Shown: positions 10,420 through 20,486 of the stretch, in pieces
Layout of the letters: each line of letters begins with the position of its first letter
How positions within the stretch are numbered: position 1 is the first letter of the stretch
Assembly (NCBI GenBank): GCA_963663405.2
Contig: CAXXSM010000018.1
Location: forward strand, 38,273 to 102,272
Reading direction: 5' to 3'
DNA: 64,000 bases
Source: a bacterium
GTDB taxonomy: Bacteria; Hinthialibacterota; Hinthialibacteria; Hinthialibacterales; Hinthialibacteraceae
Notes under the pieces: model-generated
The model's database searches: none
Told to the model about the DNA's origin: nothing
What the model saw: only the letters and a program-made list of their open reading frames with translations
Program-made: the position numbers and the translations under genes

Positions 10420-11475
10420 TTATTTCTCTTTGTTGATAAAAATCCCTTTAAAGACTTTTGTAGTTCGATGGCCAGGGCGATCTTCTCCACCGGGTATCAC
10501 ATAACCGCCTTGCCACAAAACGGCTGGCGTTGTGGCTAAGCTGAATGGCGTTTTTCCCACTCGCGTCCAGCGGTTCTCTTTCACATCAAAAACAACGATA
10601 TCACGATCAAAACCAGGATGTTGGTCTTTTAATTCCCAGACACGATCAGCGTTTTCTCCACTATCACCACTAAAAACCATAATCTGATCTTGATAAACCC
10701 ATGCCGGTCCTGGCGCCGCAGTCACAGCGCGAGGAAGATCGGGTAGTTTTTTCCATCCATCCTTTTCAGTAAAGCGGTATGCGTCTGCTAAGTAACGCCG
10801 TTTTGTTTCGCCTTCTTCGTTGGCGTATAATTGACAACCGCTGAATAGATAAAATGCGCCTTGACGTACCGCCGCAACAGGTAGAATCCGCGCCGGTCCC
10901 GGCCATGGTTTCAGCGAACGCCAACCGTTTTGAAGTTGATCCAAATCCAACCGCCAAAATTCGCGCTGCGCGTCCGAAGCCGCAGGGCTCGCTTGTCCTG
11001 CAGTGACATAAATCTGATTCCCGATCCTCGCAGCGGTATGGAATGCGCTGGGCTGCGGCAGTGATGGCAGAAGATCTTTCACAATTTTCCCATTCATCCA
11101 ACGCAGCCGAAATACATCCGCATAATGCTTTTCACGATCGCCGCCGCCGATCATAATCAAACCCTTATCATCGCTGACCGATCCACCATACGCTAAGGGG
11201 CGAGGCAGCCGTCCCGCGTCAATCCATTGATTCGAGCCAGGTTTCAACGCGTAGATGGAATCCACCCATACTTTTTTACCACCTTCAAACAACGGTATAG
11301 GGAAATTCGCCCCACCCGCCGCTAATAACACGCCACCGCTGACACCCGCATATTGCCCGCCAACAGCGGAGGGACGTTCAGGCAGCATTTTCCATTCAAT
11401 CGCAGGAAGGTCTGAAAATGCGTTCTGAACAAAAAACAAAGCGAATAATAATGCGATCCATCGATGAGAAATCAT
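10420..11475 (-). CDS. nanM: Kelch-repeat N-acetylneuraminate mutarotase-like protein
   Basis: Signal peptide, AAGGANFP, Kelch GG/W repeats and C-terminal PGGEDRPGHRT. Lies directly downstream of nanA. Confidence 0.75.
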   Translation of the reverse strand: MISHRWIALLFALFFVQNAFSDLPAIEWKMLPERPSAVGGQYAGVSGGVLLAAGGANFPIPLFEGGKKVWVDSIYALKPGSNQWIDAGRLPRPLAYGGSVSDDKGLIMIGGGDREKHYADVFRLRWMNGKIVKDLLPSLPQPSAFHTAARIGNQIYVTAGQASPAASDAQREFWRLDLDQLQNGWRSLKPWPGPARILPVAAVRQGAFYLFSGCQLYANEEGETKRRYLADAYRFTEKDGWKKLPDLPRAVTAAPGPAWVYQDQIMVFSGDSGENADRVWELKDQHPGFDRDIVVFDVKENRWTRVGKTPFSLATTPAVLWQGGYVIPGGEDRPGHRTTKVFKGIFINKEK

Positions 11476-11522
11476 TTTATGAGTTCCTTGTTTCTGGGAG
11501 AGAATTACGGTTTACGCCTGTA

Positions 11523-12440
11523 TCAATTGTGGTTGCATAAATAAGGTTTATAGCCGCCTGTTTCCAGAGTGTTTTCAATAGAAAGCCGGTCGGATTCAGA
11601 CAAAGGCTTCAACGGTGGACGAACGGTTCCACAATCCACTCCAATCCATGTCATGATCGCTTTGCCAGCCGCAATTTCATTATGCTGCTTAATTAGACGA
11701 ATCAAGTCGATCGATAGAGATTGTAGATCACGGGCCTTTTCATAATCTCCATCGTGAAACGCCTGGATCATCGCTTGATAAAGCGGCGCGGCATAGTTAT
11801 AGGTGCTGCCGACCGCGCCATCGATCCCATACGATAACGCCGCCAATAAAAGTTCATCTTTCCCAAACAAGATGTTATACCGGCCGTTTTTATAACGTTG
11901 ACATGCAAGCAAATCGACGAAATCATTATGCGTATATTTGATACCGGCCAAAGTTGGAATGCGATCTTCCGCCAGTTTGATAAAATCGATCATAGGAAAA
12001 GAAACATTCGTCAATAGAGGAATATGATAAAAATAAAAAGGCAGGTTCGGGGCCGAACTAGCGACAATTTGGCAACAGTTTACTAAATCCAAAAGATCCG
12101 CCGGACGATAATAACTGGGCGCGACCATAGAAATCGCGTATGCGCCTTTTTCTTGCGCGTACCGCGCAAGCGTCTGACTATGCTCAAAACAATCATCTCC
12201 CACATGAACGATGACGGGAAAATCTCCCCGGCTGTGTTCCATCCAACAATCGACAACGCGATTTCGTTCTTCAATTTTCAAGAGTTTCCCTTCTCCTGTC
12301 GTGCCGCAAATAAAAGCGCCGTCAATGGGGTTGTCGCGATAGAGCTGAACTTGTTTGATAATCTGCTCGTAGTGAATGGAGCCGTCTTGACGCATGGGCG
12401 TATGGGACGCGGCGATGAGTCCTGTAAGTTTTTCAGGCAT
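11523..12440 (-). CDS. nanA: N-acetylneuraminate lyase (DHDPS family)
   Basis: Motifs ICGTTGEG, FYFYHIP, GIKYT (Schiff-base Lys), GKDE and GAVGSTYN, in a sialidase/SSS context. Confidence 0.88.
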   Translation of the reverse strand: MPEKLTGLIAASHTPMRQDGSIHYEQIIKQVQLYRDNPIDGAFICGTTGEGKLLKIEERNRVVDCWMEHSRGDFPVIVHVGDDCFEHSQTLARYAQEKGAYAISMVAPSYYRPADLLDLVNCCQIVASSAPNLPFYFYHIPLLTNVSFPMIDFIKLAEDRIPTLAGIKYTHNDFVDLLACQRYKNGRYNILFGKDELLLAALSYGIDGAVGSTYNYAAPLYQAMIQAFHDGDYEKARDLQSLSIDLIRLIKQHNEIAAGKAIMTWIGVDCGTVRPPLKPLSESDRLSIENTLETGGYKPYLCNHN

Positions 12441-12496
12441 TATTAAATCCTCATAAATTAGATTTCATTGTAAATAGATTATGCCGCCGGAGGCGT

Positions 12497-13959
12497 TTAC
12501 TTCGCCCGGCTGGCAATCAAACTAAATAGATAACTGATAGAGAAAGCGGATACGATTCCAAGCGCAGCGTAGGTTTGCGTATGCCATTGATATTCGTATT
12601 TAATGATCGCGAGTAGCGCGGTGCTGATAACCAGCGCCGCTACGACCCCTATTTGGTTGGCGCGTTTCGTAAACAGACCGGCGCAGAAGATTCCCGCCAG
12701 TACACCGCCAAGCAATCCCTGAATCGCGACGAATAAATCCCACGCGCCTTTTTGTTCGGGATTATTCAATAAACTCTGCGCCACCCAAATCGCGATTCCC
12801 GTCCCCAGCGCTCCCGCTGCAATGGTGACCATGCGGGCGAGATACAAGCGGCGCCGATCGCTGCTTTCAGGATCGCGAAAACGTTGGTAGAAATCTGTAA
12901 TGCAAACGGTCGCGATCGAATTCAGGCTGGAATCCAAACTCGACATCGAACCTGCAAAGATCGCCGCAATCAACAAGCCCGAAATTCCCATAGGGAGTTG
13001 ATGAATGATAAAAAAGGGGAAAACACGATCGTACTTGACACCGCTTTCCAGCAAGTCTGGATGGGTGAAATAAAATGAATACAGCGCCGTCCCTAAAAAG
13101 AAAAAAAGAAGCGATGCGGGAATAGTGATCAAAACGCTTAACCACAAACAATTCCGCGCTTCCCGGTCTGTCTTTACGGTGAAATAACGCTGAACGACGG
13201 TTTGATCGGAAGCGTAGGGCACTAAATTCGTGAAAAACGCTCCAATGAGCAAATACCAAATAAGATCTTTAGAAACGCTGGGATCCGTGTGAATCATAGC
13301 GAATTTATTGTGTTCCCAGCCGATTTTAATGATCCCAACAAAACCACCCTCGACTTCCAAGCAAATAATCAGCAACGCCACCAATGCGCCGGCGGCTAAA
13401 ATGATCGCTTGGATTACATCCGTCCATATAACCACTTCGATCCCGCCCATGACGGTATAGACTGTCGCGAGGACGCCCATGAAAACGATCATCCAATAAA
13501 CGGAAAAAACCGGTTACTTCCGCCAGCGCCAGCGCGGGCAAATATAGCACAATCGCTACGCGGCCCACCTGCATCATAATATAGGCCAACGCGCCATACG
13601 CCCGCGTTTCAGGACCAAAACGGTCTTCTAGTATTTGATAGATCGAAGTGTATTTTTTGCCTACGGTAATACGGGAGAAAAAAATAAATAACGAACACAC
13701 CCACGATGGGAATACCCAAGTTAAATACCAACCATGACCAATCGTTCTCATACGCCATTCCCGGAATGGAAATGTACGTTATCGCGCTCAACTGTGTAGC
13801 GAAAATCGAAATGCCCACAGCCCACCATACGATATTCCGGTTTCCTACGAAAAACCGTTCCGTGGATCCTTCCTTGCGGGAAAAATAATACCCTATCCCC
13901 ACCATGACCGCCATATAGACAATCAGTACGATATAGTCAATCAAATAGAAACCATTCAT
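12497..13959 (-). CDS. Sodium:solute symporter, probable sialic acid transporter, with two apparent +1 frameshifts
   Basis: Three ORF pieces join by removing one base in the runs near 13655 and 13506. SSS motifs: FFVGNRNIVWWAVGISIFATQLSAITY, GGIEVVIWTDVIQ, DQTVVQRY, AGSMSSLDSSLNS. Confidence 0.88.
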
Positions 13960-14045
13960 TAGCGGAAATCGTTCCTCTCCCGGCGCCAAATGCAGTGATT
14001 GGGGCAGGGTGGATCACGCTTTATCGATCCACCGGGAATCTACAA

Positions 14046-15172
14046 TTAGAGTTTCTTCGCAAGCGCGTCAATTTCATCGATTTTAAACCGGACGCCAACA
14101 ACGGAATGTTTTTTTCTCTCCCGGCTGATACTTGATGTAGGTCACCGCCATAATGGTTTCATCCGGCAGATAGGACATCCCAGGATATCCACAATCCGCG
14201 CCTGCGTAACTATGGAGCAATTTGATTCGGTATTGGCCGGGCCGGTTATTGCGGATATCAGAATAGTTCCCCACCCATGCGACAAAATGGCCGTATGTAT
14301 CACTCTTTTGCGCGCGATCCCGAAACGCAATCACCAAACGTCCATCCTTTGTATACACCCCCTGATGCCGGTCGCCTGTCAGTCCCCACGGCGTATCCAC
14401 CGGCCGACTCCAATTTTTCCCCTCATCTTGGCTGAACATCATCAGGCTTCTGCCTTTATGGATATTCTCTCTCATGAGACAACATAACTCATTCCCGTCT
14501 GGGGAGCGAAAGCCGTATGGCTCACATGGATCTTTTCCTTCGACATTTGCTATCACTTTTGGCTCAGACCAGGTTAAACCGCCGTCATTGGTTTGGGTTT
14601 GAAGCGCTTCTAAACTGCCGTCAACCCGCTGGTGATAAAGACCAATATAGTTACCATCCTTTAGCTGAACAACGCTGCTGAAGGTCATCACATTTCGAAA
14701 ACCAAGCGGCTTCATAACGCGCCATGTTTTTCCGCTGTCTTCACTTACAATACGAGGCATTTCCGGTTTGCGCGACGAATACCCAGATCCGGCTGACGCC
14801 TTTCTCGTCCGTCATGCGATAGATGCTTGGACAGTTGACATAGGTGGAAAACTCGCGGGGGAGTTGATCGTCCAACCGCTCCCAGGTCAACCCTCCATCA
14901 TCGCTGCGCGCCATCGTCCCGGAAGGTCCACCATGACCAACGCTCCAAACACAGAACATTGTTTTACCATCCGGCATTAATAACGTTGTTGGATGGCCTT
15001 GATAGACGGTTTCCGATCCCGCGGCGATGACTACATGACGATCCGTCTCCGCGGAAATATCAATAAGAGGGAGATGATCTTCTTGGGCGAAACTATTATG
15101 TGACAAAAGACCAACCGTTCCCGTGGCGCAAGCGATTAGGGCGGATTGTTTTATAAATCTACGGCGTTTCAT
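14046..15172 (-). CDS. Tat-exported BNR/Asp-box sialidase-family protein, with two apparent +1 frameshifts
   Basis: Starts [10 protein letters not shown] and contains YQGHPTT plus Asp-boxes [24 protein letters not shown] and SQDEGKNW, then DCGYPG. Frames rejoin near 14767 and 14112; the corrected end is ..[20 protein letters not shown]. Confidence 0.82.
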
Positions 15173-15195
15173 GTTTTACCTCTTATACATATTGT

Positions 15196-15852
15196 TCATC
15201 TGGTAAGTGAATATACATTCCAATGTATGATCTCATTTTCTGGAAGAGCCAAAGTTATTAAGGCCCCAAAGCGATAAACGTCACCCAGACTGTTTAGGCC
15301 GTTTGACATTTCATAAAAAACCGTCACATATCCCATTTCATTGTTGCCTAAAAATCCATTGACATTTTCCTGCCGGTCCGGTCCGACACTCTTCATGGAC
15401 CATTTTTGATTATTATTAAGGAAAAAGCGCGAGCCGCCCACTTCGCCGCAACTGCCGTACGATCGTCCATAGCGATCCATATACCAGTAATAACCGAATT
15501 CACTCAAGATGGCTCCACTCGGTGTAGGCGCTTGTCCATCCGGGTTGAATGGATCTTTGTGTAAACTTGACATGTACGACGTAGGCGTTGTCAGTGGACG
15601 CAACGCCATACGCCCACTAAAGAGCATCGAATCCGTCACAGCGCCGCAATTACTCACCACAGGATATTTTCCATTATCTATGCAGTACGACTCTAATGCG
15701 ACGCCGAACGCCTGAAAATCCGCTTGCACGCGGGCGACCTTCGCCCGGATTTGCGCGTTCAAAAAGTTTGGGACGGCGATCGCCGCCAAAATACCGATAA
15801 TGGCGACGACGATGAGAAGTTCAATCAAGGTAAATGCGTTTTTCCGTTTCAT
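15196..15852 (-). CDS. Prepilin-type N-terminal cleavage/methylation protein (GspG-like pilin/pseudopilin)
   Basis: MKRKNA|FTLIELLIVVAIIGILAAIAVPNFLNAQIRAK with GAGG upstream of ATG 15852, then DPF and SVGPD. The true end may be ..RFGP* at 15258 if the G4 run carries an extra base. Confidence 0.88.
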   Translation of the reverse strand: MKRKNAFTLIELLIVVAIIGILAAIAVPNFLNAQIRAKVARVQADFQAFGVALESYCIDNGKYPVVSNCGAVTDSMLFSGRMALRPLTTPTSYMSSLHKDPFNPDGQAPTPSGAILSEFGYYWYMDRYGRSYGSCGEVGGSRFFLNNNQKWSMKSVGPDRQENVNGFLGNNEMGYVTVFYEMSNGLNSLGDVYRFGALITLALPENEIIHWNVYSLTR

Positions 15853-15972
15853 AATTCGCCTCATTGCGTTGATCAAGTACGCGCGGGACATCTCACGTTC
15901 GAGAGACGCCCCGTCACGGATCATTGAATTACGTTTTTATGAGAGATTCTTCTAAATCCTCTCTTAATTTAA

Positions 15973-18020
15973 CTAATAAAGAGACCAATTGCATACCGAA
16001 GTCGTATCAAACGTTCGAATGACAAAGTTGCTCACTTGCATGCGGCTTCGCCATGGGCGTAATCCAACTCTGAACGCTTCTCCGATTTCTTCCGTTTCGG
16101 AATGGATCACAACGTCATCCACCATGAAATTGACATTCGTCCCTTCGCGCGCCATCTTGAAGGTAAAGGGAACGCCCTCTTCAACCAAGGTATAATCGAA
16201 GGACGGAGGATCATCAAAGAATACGCCTTCAACAAAGAAGAAACCATGACCGCCTTCAAAACCAAAGTTACTTTGCGAATCATCGGGAATGCGGCGCAGG
16301 TTAATGGAAACCGCCGTCCCACCAAGACCGTACAAGGTCAAGTCCGCTAAAATTTTATAATCAACGTCCGCAACCGCGATTTTGCTTAACAGGAAGTTCC
16401 CCGTTCCCGTACGCTCCAGCGCGCCACCTAAAACCGACCATTCCTCACCGATGATTTCGCCGTACTCGGTCATAACGCCGTCTTGAACGATATACACTTC
16501 CTCGTTTTCTCCAACCGCTAAATAGAGGGATGTAAATCCTATGATCGAACCATCGATGCCGGACGTGTCAACCGTCCCTTCAAAATCAGCGCTGGATTCT
16601 GCGCTATCGGATGGGGCGGTTAAATCATACGTCAGTTCAACTGTATTCTGCGCATCGGCGAGCTGCCATAGAATTTGACCGTTTACAAGTTCGAAGGTTC
16701 CATTATTGGATTGGATATTCGAAATCGTCCATCCTTCCGGGGGAGTTTCGATAATGGCCGCATTGCTGACTTTGCCTTCGAGAATGCTGGAAGAAAGCGT
16801 AATCCCCGTGATGGTTTGACCGGCGTAAAAGACCGCCGCTTGCCCTTCGGGCAAAGAACGGATCACTTCGGGCGGCACGTCTAATTCTTCTTGCAATGGT
16901 TCGACCGAAAAATCGAAGATGCGCATGGTGCTGCGCCAAGGCCGGAAGCCGGCGAAACCAATGAAATCGGATGGTTGATCCATCGCCATGACTTCATTTC
17001 CATCAATCAAGAAGCGAATGATATTATCCTGGCTGATCATTTCGAAATTAAACGCGACGCCTTCTTCGATTGGAGGCGCCATATCCAATGTTGGAGCGCC
17101 GTCAAAAAACGAGCCTTCTAAAAACATCGTTTCACTCCCCCCCGGAAAAGCCAAAATTGTTATCGCCGTTGATGGAGAACGAAGCGGCGCTTCCCGCCAA
17201 TAATTCCATTTGCAAATGGGCGGATACTTTGAAATTAGAACCGAAAATGGGACGGTCGCCGAAGATCAAATTCCCGGTGTCAAAGTTTTCCCAACCACCG
17301 TCTGATTCATACCATTCATCCCCGACTTCAACCGTATTCAATGGCTCTCCATTTGCAATAAAATCGTTTTTTTCTTCAATGGGATCAAACGAAGCGGCGC
17401 CGGAGTGAATCACTAATGTTTTTAAAAACATTTTACTGCGCCATGGACGTACGCCGACGCGATAATACCCGCTGCGAAAAACAGGATTCGATTCTTCCTC
17501 CGCCGCCGGGACGGAAAGCGCTTCTTCTCCATTCAACAAAAAACGGTATACATCGCCTTCCCGGATAAAATCCAACGTGATCAAGGTATCTTCTTGTACT
17601 GGAGTTTCGCCCATATCAACGAATTCCAAAAAGAAATTACCTTCCGCAAAGAGCTCGCCGTTGCCACCGATAAAACCAAAGTTGCTTCCGTTCGTTCCAT
17701 CGTCCTGCAGCATATCGTTTATGGAAAACGTAGCTGCGGCGCCTCTCCCTTCATCGTTGAACATTTCCTGTAATTTCAATTCAGCCGTGACATGAAAATC
17801 GCCCGGCCCAATCACAGGATAAGCCCACAAATACTGATCCCTGCCCTGCTGTGAAATGAATCCATCCACTACTTCCCAAGCTCCACCCACGATATACGCC
17901 AGATCCTCATTGAGAACGCCGTCTTCAACGATATAAAGATCTTCGTCTTGCGCAAAGGATCCTGCGGCTGCGATGGATACGAAAAAAAACCATGAGTAAA
18001 TACATGCGTAATCGTTTCAT
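15973..18020 (-). CDS. Secreted ~680-aa protein with three copies of a lectin-like beta-sandwich domain and an Ig/cohesin-like domain, with two apparent +1 frameshifts
   Basis: RBS GGAGG then ATG at 18020; signal peptide MKRLRMYLLMVFFVSIAAAGSFA after removing one base from the A8 run near 17985. The second join is at the C7 run near 17140. Three NFGFxGG...EGxFF...GxRPWRSxM repeats; ends TSVCNWSLY. Confidence 0.8.
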
Positions 18021-18508
18021 TGTCTATATCCTCCCATATCGATAAGTTAAATAATGAAAACTCCCCAAGGATGCGATCGGCTTCAAGACATGAGATTTCG
18101 TTTTTTACCTCCTAGAATCCAAGAATTCCTTTCAGTGTAAATTATGAATCGGCGGTACAAGCGAAATCACACCCCAAAGCCTCTTGAAACGTATTGTTTG
18201 AATAGTATAAGAAGATTACGAATTTGTCTTTACCAAAAATGATCTTTCTTTTACCATTATCGATGATAAAAGAAAAAGATAAGATTAAAAAATAATTATA
18301 AATTACCTTAATATAATCGAAATTATTCAAATCGAAAATATCCATTTTCGATGATAAATGAATTGAATATGATTATATTATCAAATAAAAAATTATCAAA
18401 ATTTCACTTTTCCCCTATAATTCCTCCTAAACCGGATCGATATGATAATAAAACAAAGAACTACTTGCCAGATGCAGTCTGAATTGGTTATTCTCTGTGA
18501 AAAATGCG

Positions 18509-19322
18509 TTACCCTCGAATGATATTCTTATTGCGGTATTCTTTGGGAGAGACGCCTTCGTGTGATTTGAACGCTCGATAGAAATGCGAAAGGTTTTTTA
18601 TATCCCAAGCGCTCACTGATATCTTTAATGGGAATCACGGTTTCTCGCAGAAAACGTTTGGCTTCCAGCATGCGCAGGCTGAATAGAAACTGTCCGGGTG
18701 AAGCGCCTACATAGTTGCGGAACAAAGCGCGAAAATGGCTGTTGGATAAACCGACTTCAGAAGCCATGTCATCAACGCTCATGCTATGCGCTTGCCAACT
18801 GCTGCGAAGCCGGTCGACGAGATTTGCAATGATTTCTTCGTGACGGCTCCTTTTGCGTTTTTGGAATTTTTTTGATTTTAATTCACCTAAAATCAACACC
18901 GTCGCCGCCACGCGCAAATCGTATAAGAAAGGATCGTCCTCATATGAAGCCCATTGGATCGTCAAATCGATATTGCGAAAGAGATTATCAGAATATTCAT
19001 CTTGATAAATTTCGTATTCGTGACTTTTTCCAATCAAACTTTGAATCACATAAGGCCGGTATTTCGCGTCTTTATTAAAGTCGAAATGCTGCACCGATGT
19101 TTTCGCGATAGGAGTGATGGAATACCCATGAAAACGGGTCAGTGGATAGATCAATACGCCTTGGCCAGCGGACAGCCGTATGGAGTCTCTCTCCAACAAT
19201 TGAAGAAAGATTTCTCCTTCACGCACGAAGAGCAAATCAAAATGAGGCCAGGTTACCGGACCGATTTTATTATTGTCATCATGCTCACCGTAGCTATGTA
19301 AATAGAAATTAATGATTTTCAT
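18509..19322 (-). CDS. AraC family transcriptional regulator, with an apparent +1 frameshift near the 3' end
   Basis: N-terminal cupin-like region and HTH SVDDMASEVGLSNSHFRALFR...IKDISERLGY. Removing one base near 18597 gives NLSHFYRAFKSHEGVSPKEYR. Confidence 0.88.
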
Positions 19323-19351
19323 TAAAGCCACCGCATTGAGGTGAATGATCG

Positions 19352-20281
19352 ATGAAACCACTCGCTTGGAATGAACTAAAAGGCAATTGGGCGCCTGTCT
19401 TAATTCCCTACCAGGATAACGAACAAATCGATTATACCCGGTTACGCGAGGAAATTGCAGTTTTGATTGAATTCGGCGTGAATGGCATTTATACCAATGG
19501 CACCAGCAGCGAGTTTTACAACCAGACCGAAGAGGAATTTGACCGGATCAGCCAAATCACGGCTGAATACTGCAACAACGCCAATGAACCATTTCAAATT
19601 GGAATCAGTCACTCGAATCCTTGGATCACCTTACAACGAATGCGCCGCATAAAGCCGTTACAACCCAGCGCTGTTCAAATTATCTTGCCCGATTGGTTTG
19701 CGCTCAATGATGATGAAATTCTTGATTATTTCCGCCGTATAGCGGAAGCCGCCGATCCAATCGGCATCGTGCTTTATAATCCTTCGTTCGCGAAACGCGT
19801 TCTCCAACCATGCGAATGGAAGCGTATCCGTGACGTGATTCCCAATTTCATCGGTGTCAAAGTTTCCATAGGCGATGCGACGTGGCACGAACAAGTACGC
19901 AGTTGCGCGAATGAAATCGCTGTTTTCACCCCTGGTCATTTTCTCGCCACATCGATTCAAAACGGCGCCCAGGGCGCTTATTCCAACGCCGCCTGTCTGC
20001 ATCCCGGCGCAGCGCAAAAATGGTATGAACAAATGCTTACCGATATGCCCGCCGCGCTCGAACTGGAAGCGCGAATTCAGTCTTTTATGAAGAAATATAT
20101 CGCGCCCTACATCACGCAACAACGCTACTCCCATCAAGCCGCCGACCGTTTACTCGCAATGATCGGCGGTTGGTGCGATATTGGCCCCCGTTTGCGCTGG
20201 CCCTATCAATGGATCTCCACAAAAGAAGCCGAACGTCTACAACCAGCCGCGAAAGAGATACTCCCCGAATTCTTTGCATAG
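19352..20281 (+). CDS. Dihydrodipicolinate synthase family aldolase/dehydratase of unknown substrate
   Basis: Motifs GIYTNGTSSEF, VLYNP and IGVKV (catalytic Lys). Confidence 0.82.
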   Translation: MKPLAWNELKGNWAPVLIPYQDNEQIDYTRLREEIAVLIEFGVNGIYTNGTSSEFYNQTEEEFDRISQITAEYCNNANEPFQIGISHSNPWITLQRMRRIKPLQPSAVQIILPDWFALNDDEILDYFRRIAEAADPIGIVLYNPSFAKRVLQPCEWKRIRDVIPNFIGVKVSIGDATWHEQVRSCANEIAVFTPGHFLATSIQNGAQGAYSNAACLHPGAAQKWYEQMLTDMPAALELEARIQSFMKKYIAPYITQQRYSHQAADRLLAMIGGWCDIGPRLRWPYQWISTKEAERLQPAAKEILPEFFA

Positions 20282-20407
20282 CATACATGTTAATAATGAC
20301 AGAACGTTGACCACTCTTTCATGACCACATTCCTTTTTGTGATGCGCGAGCATTACGCGATGAAGAACTGTGAATTAGAAAAAGATGGGAAAAGTAGTCA
20401 TTTTTTC

Positions 20408-20437
20408 TTGACACTTCATTAAAAAAGTGGTTATAAT
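20408..20437 (+). promoter_or_regulatory. Consensus sigma70 promoter upstream of the AAA ATPase
   Basis: TTGACA (20408-20413), 18-nt spacer, TATAAT (20432-20437). Confidence 0.7.
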
Positions 20438-20486
20438 TATTACCAGTTATAACTAAAAGTAGTAATAATTCTTGCTGGAAAGAAAG

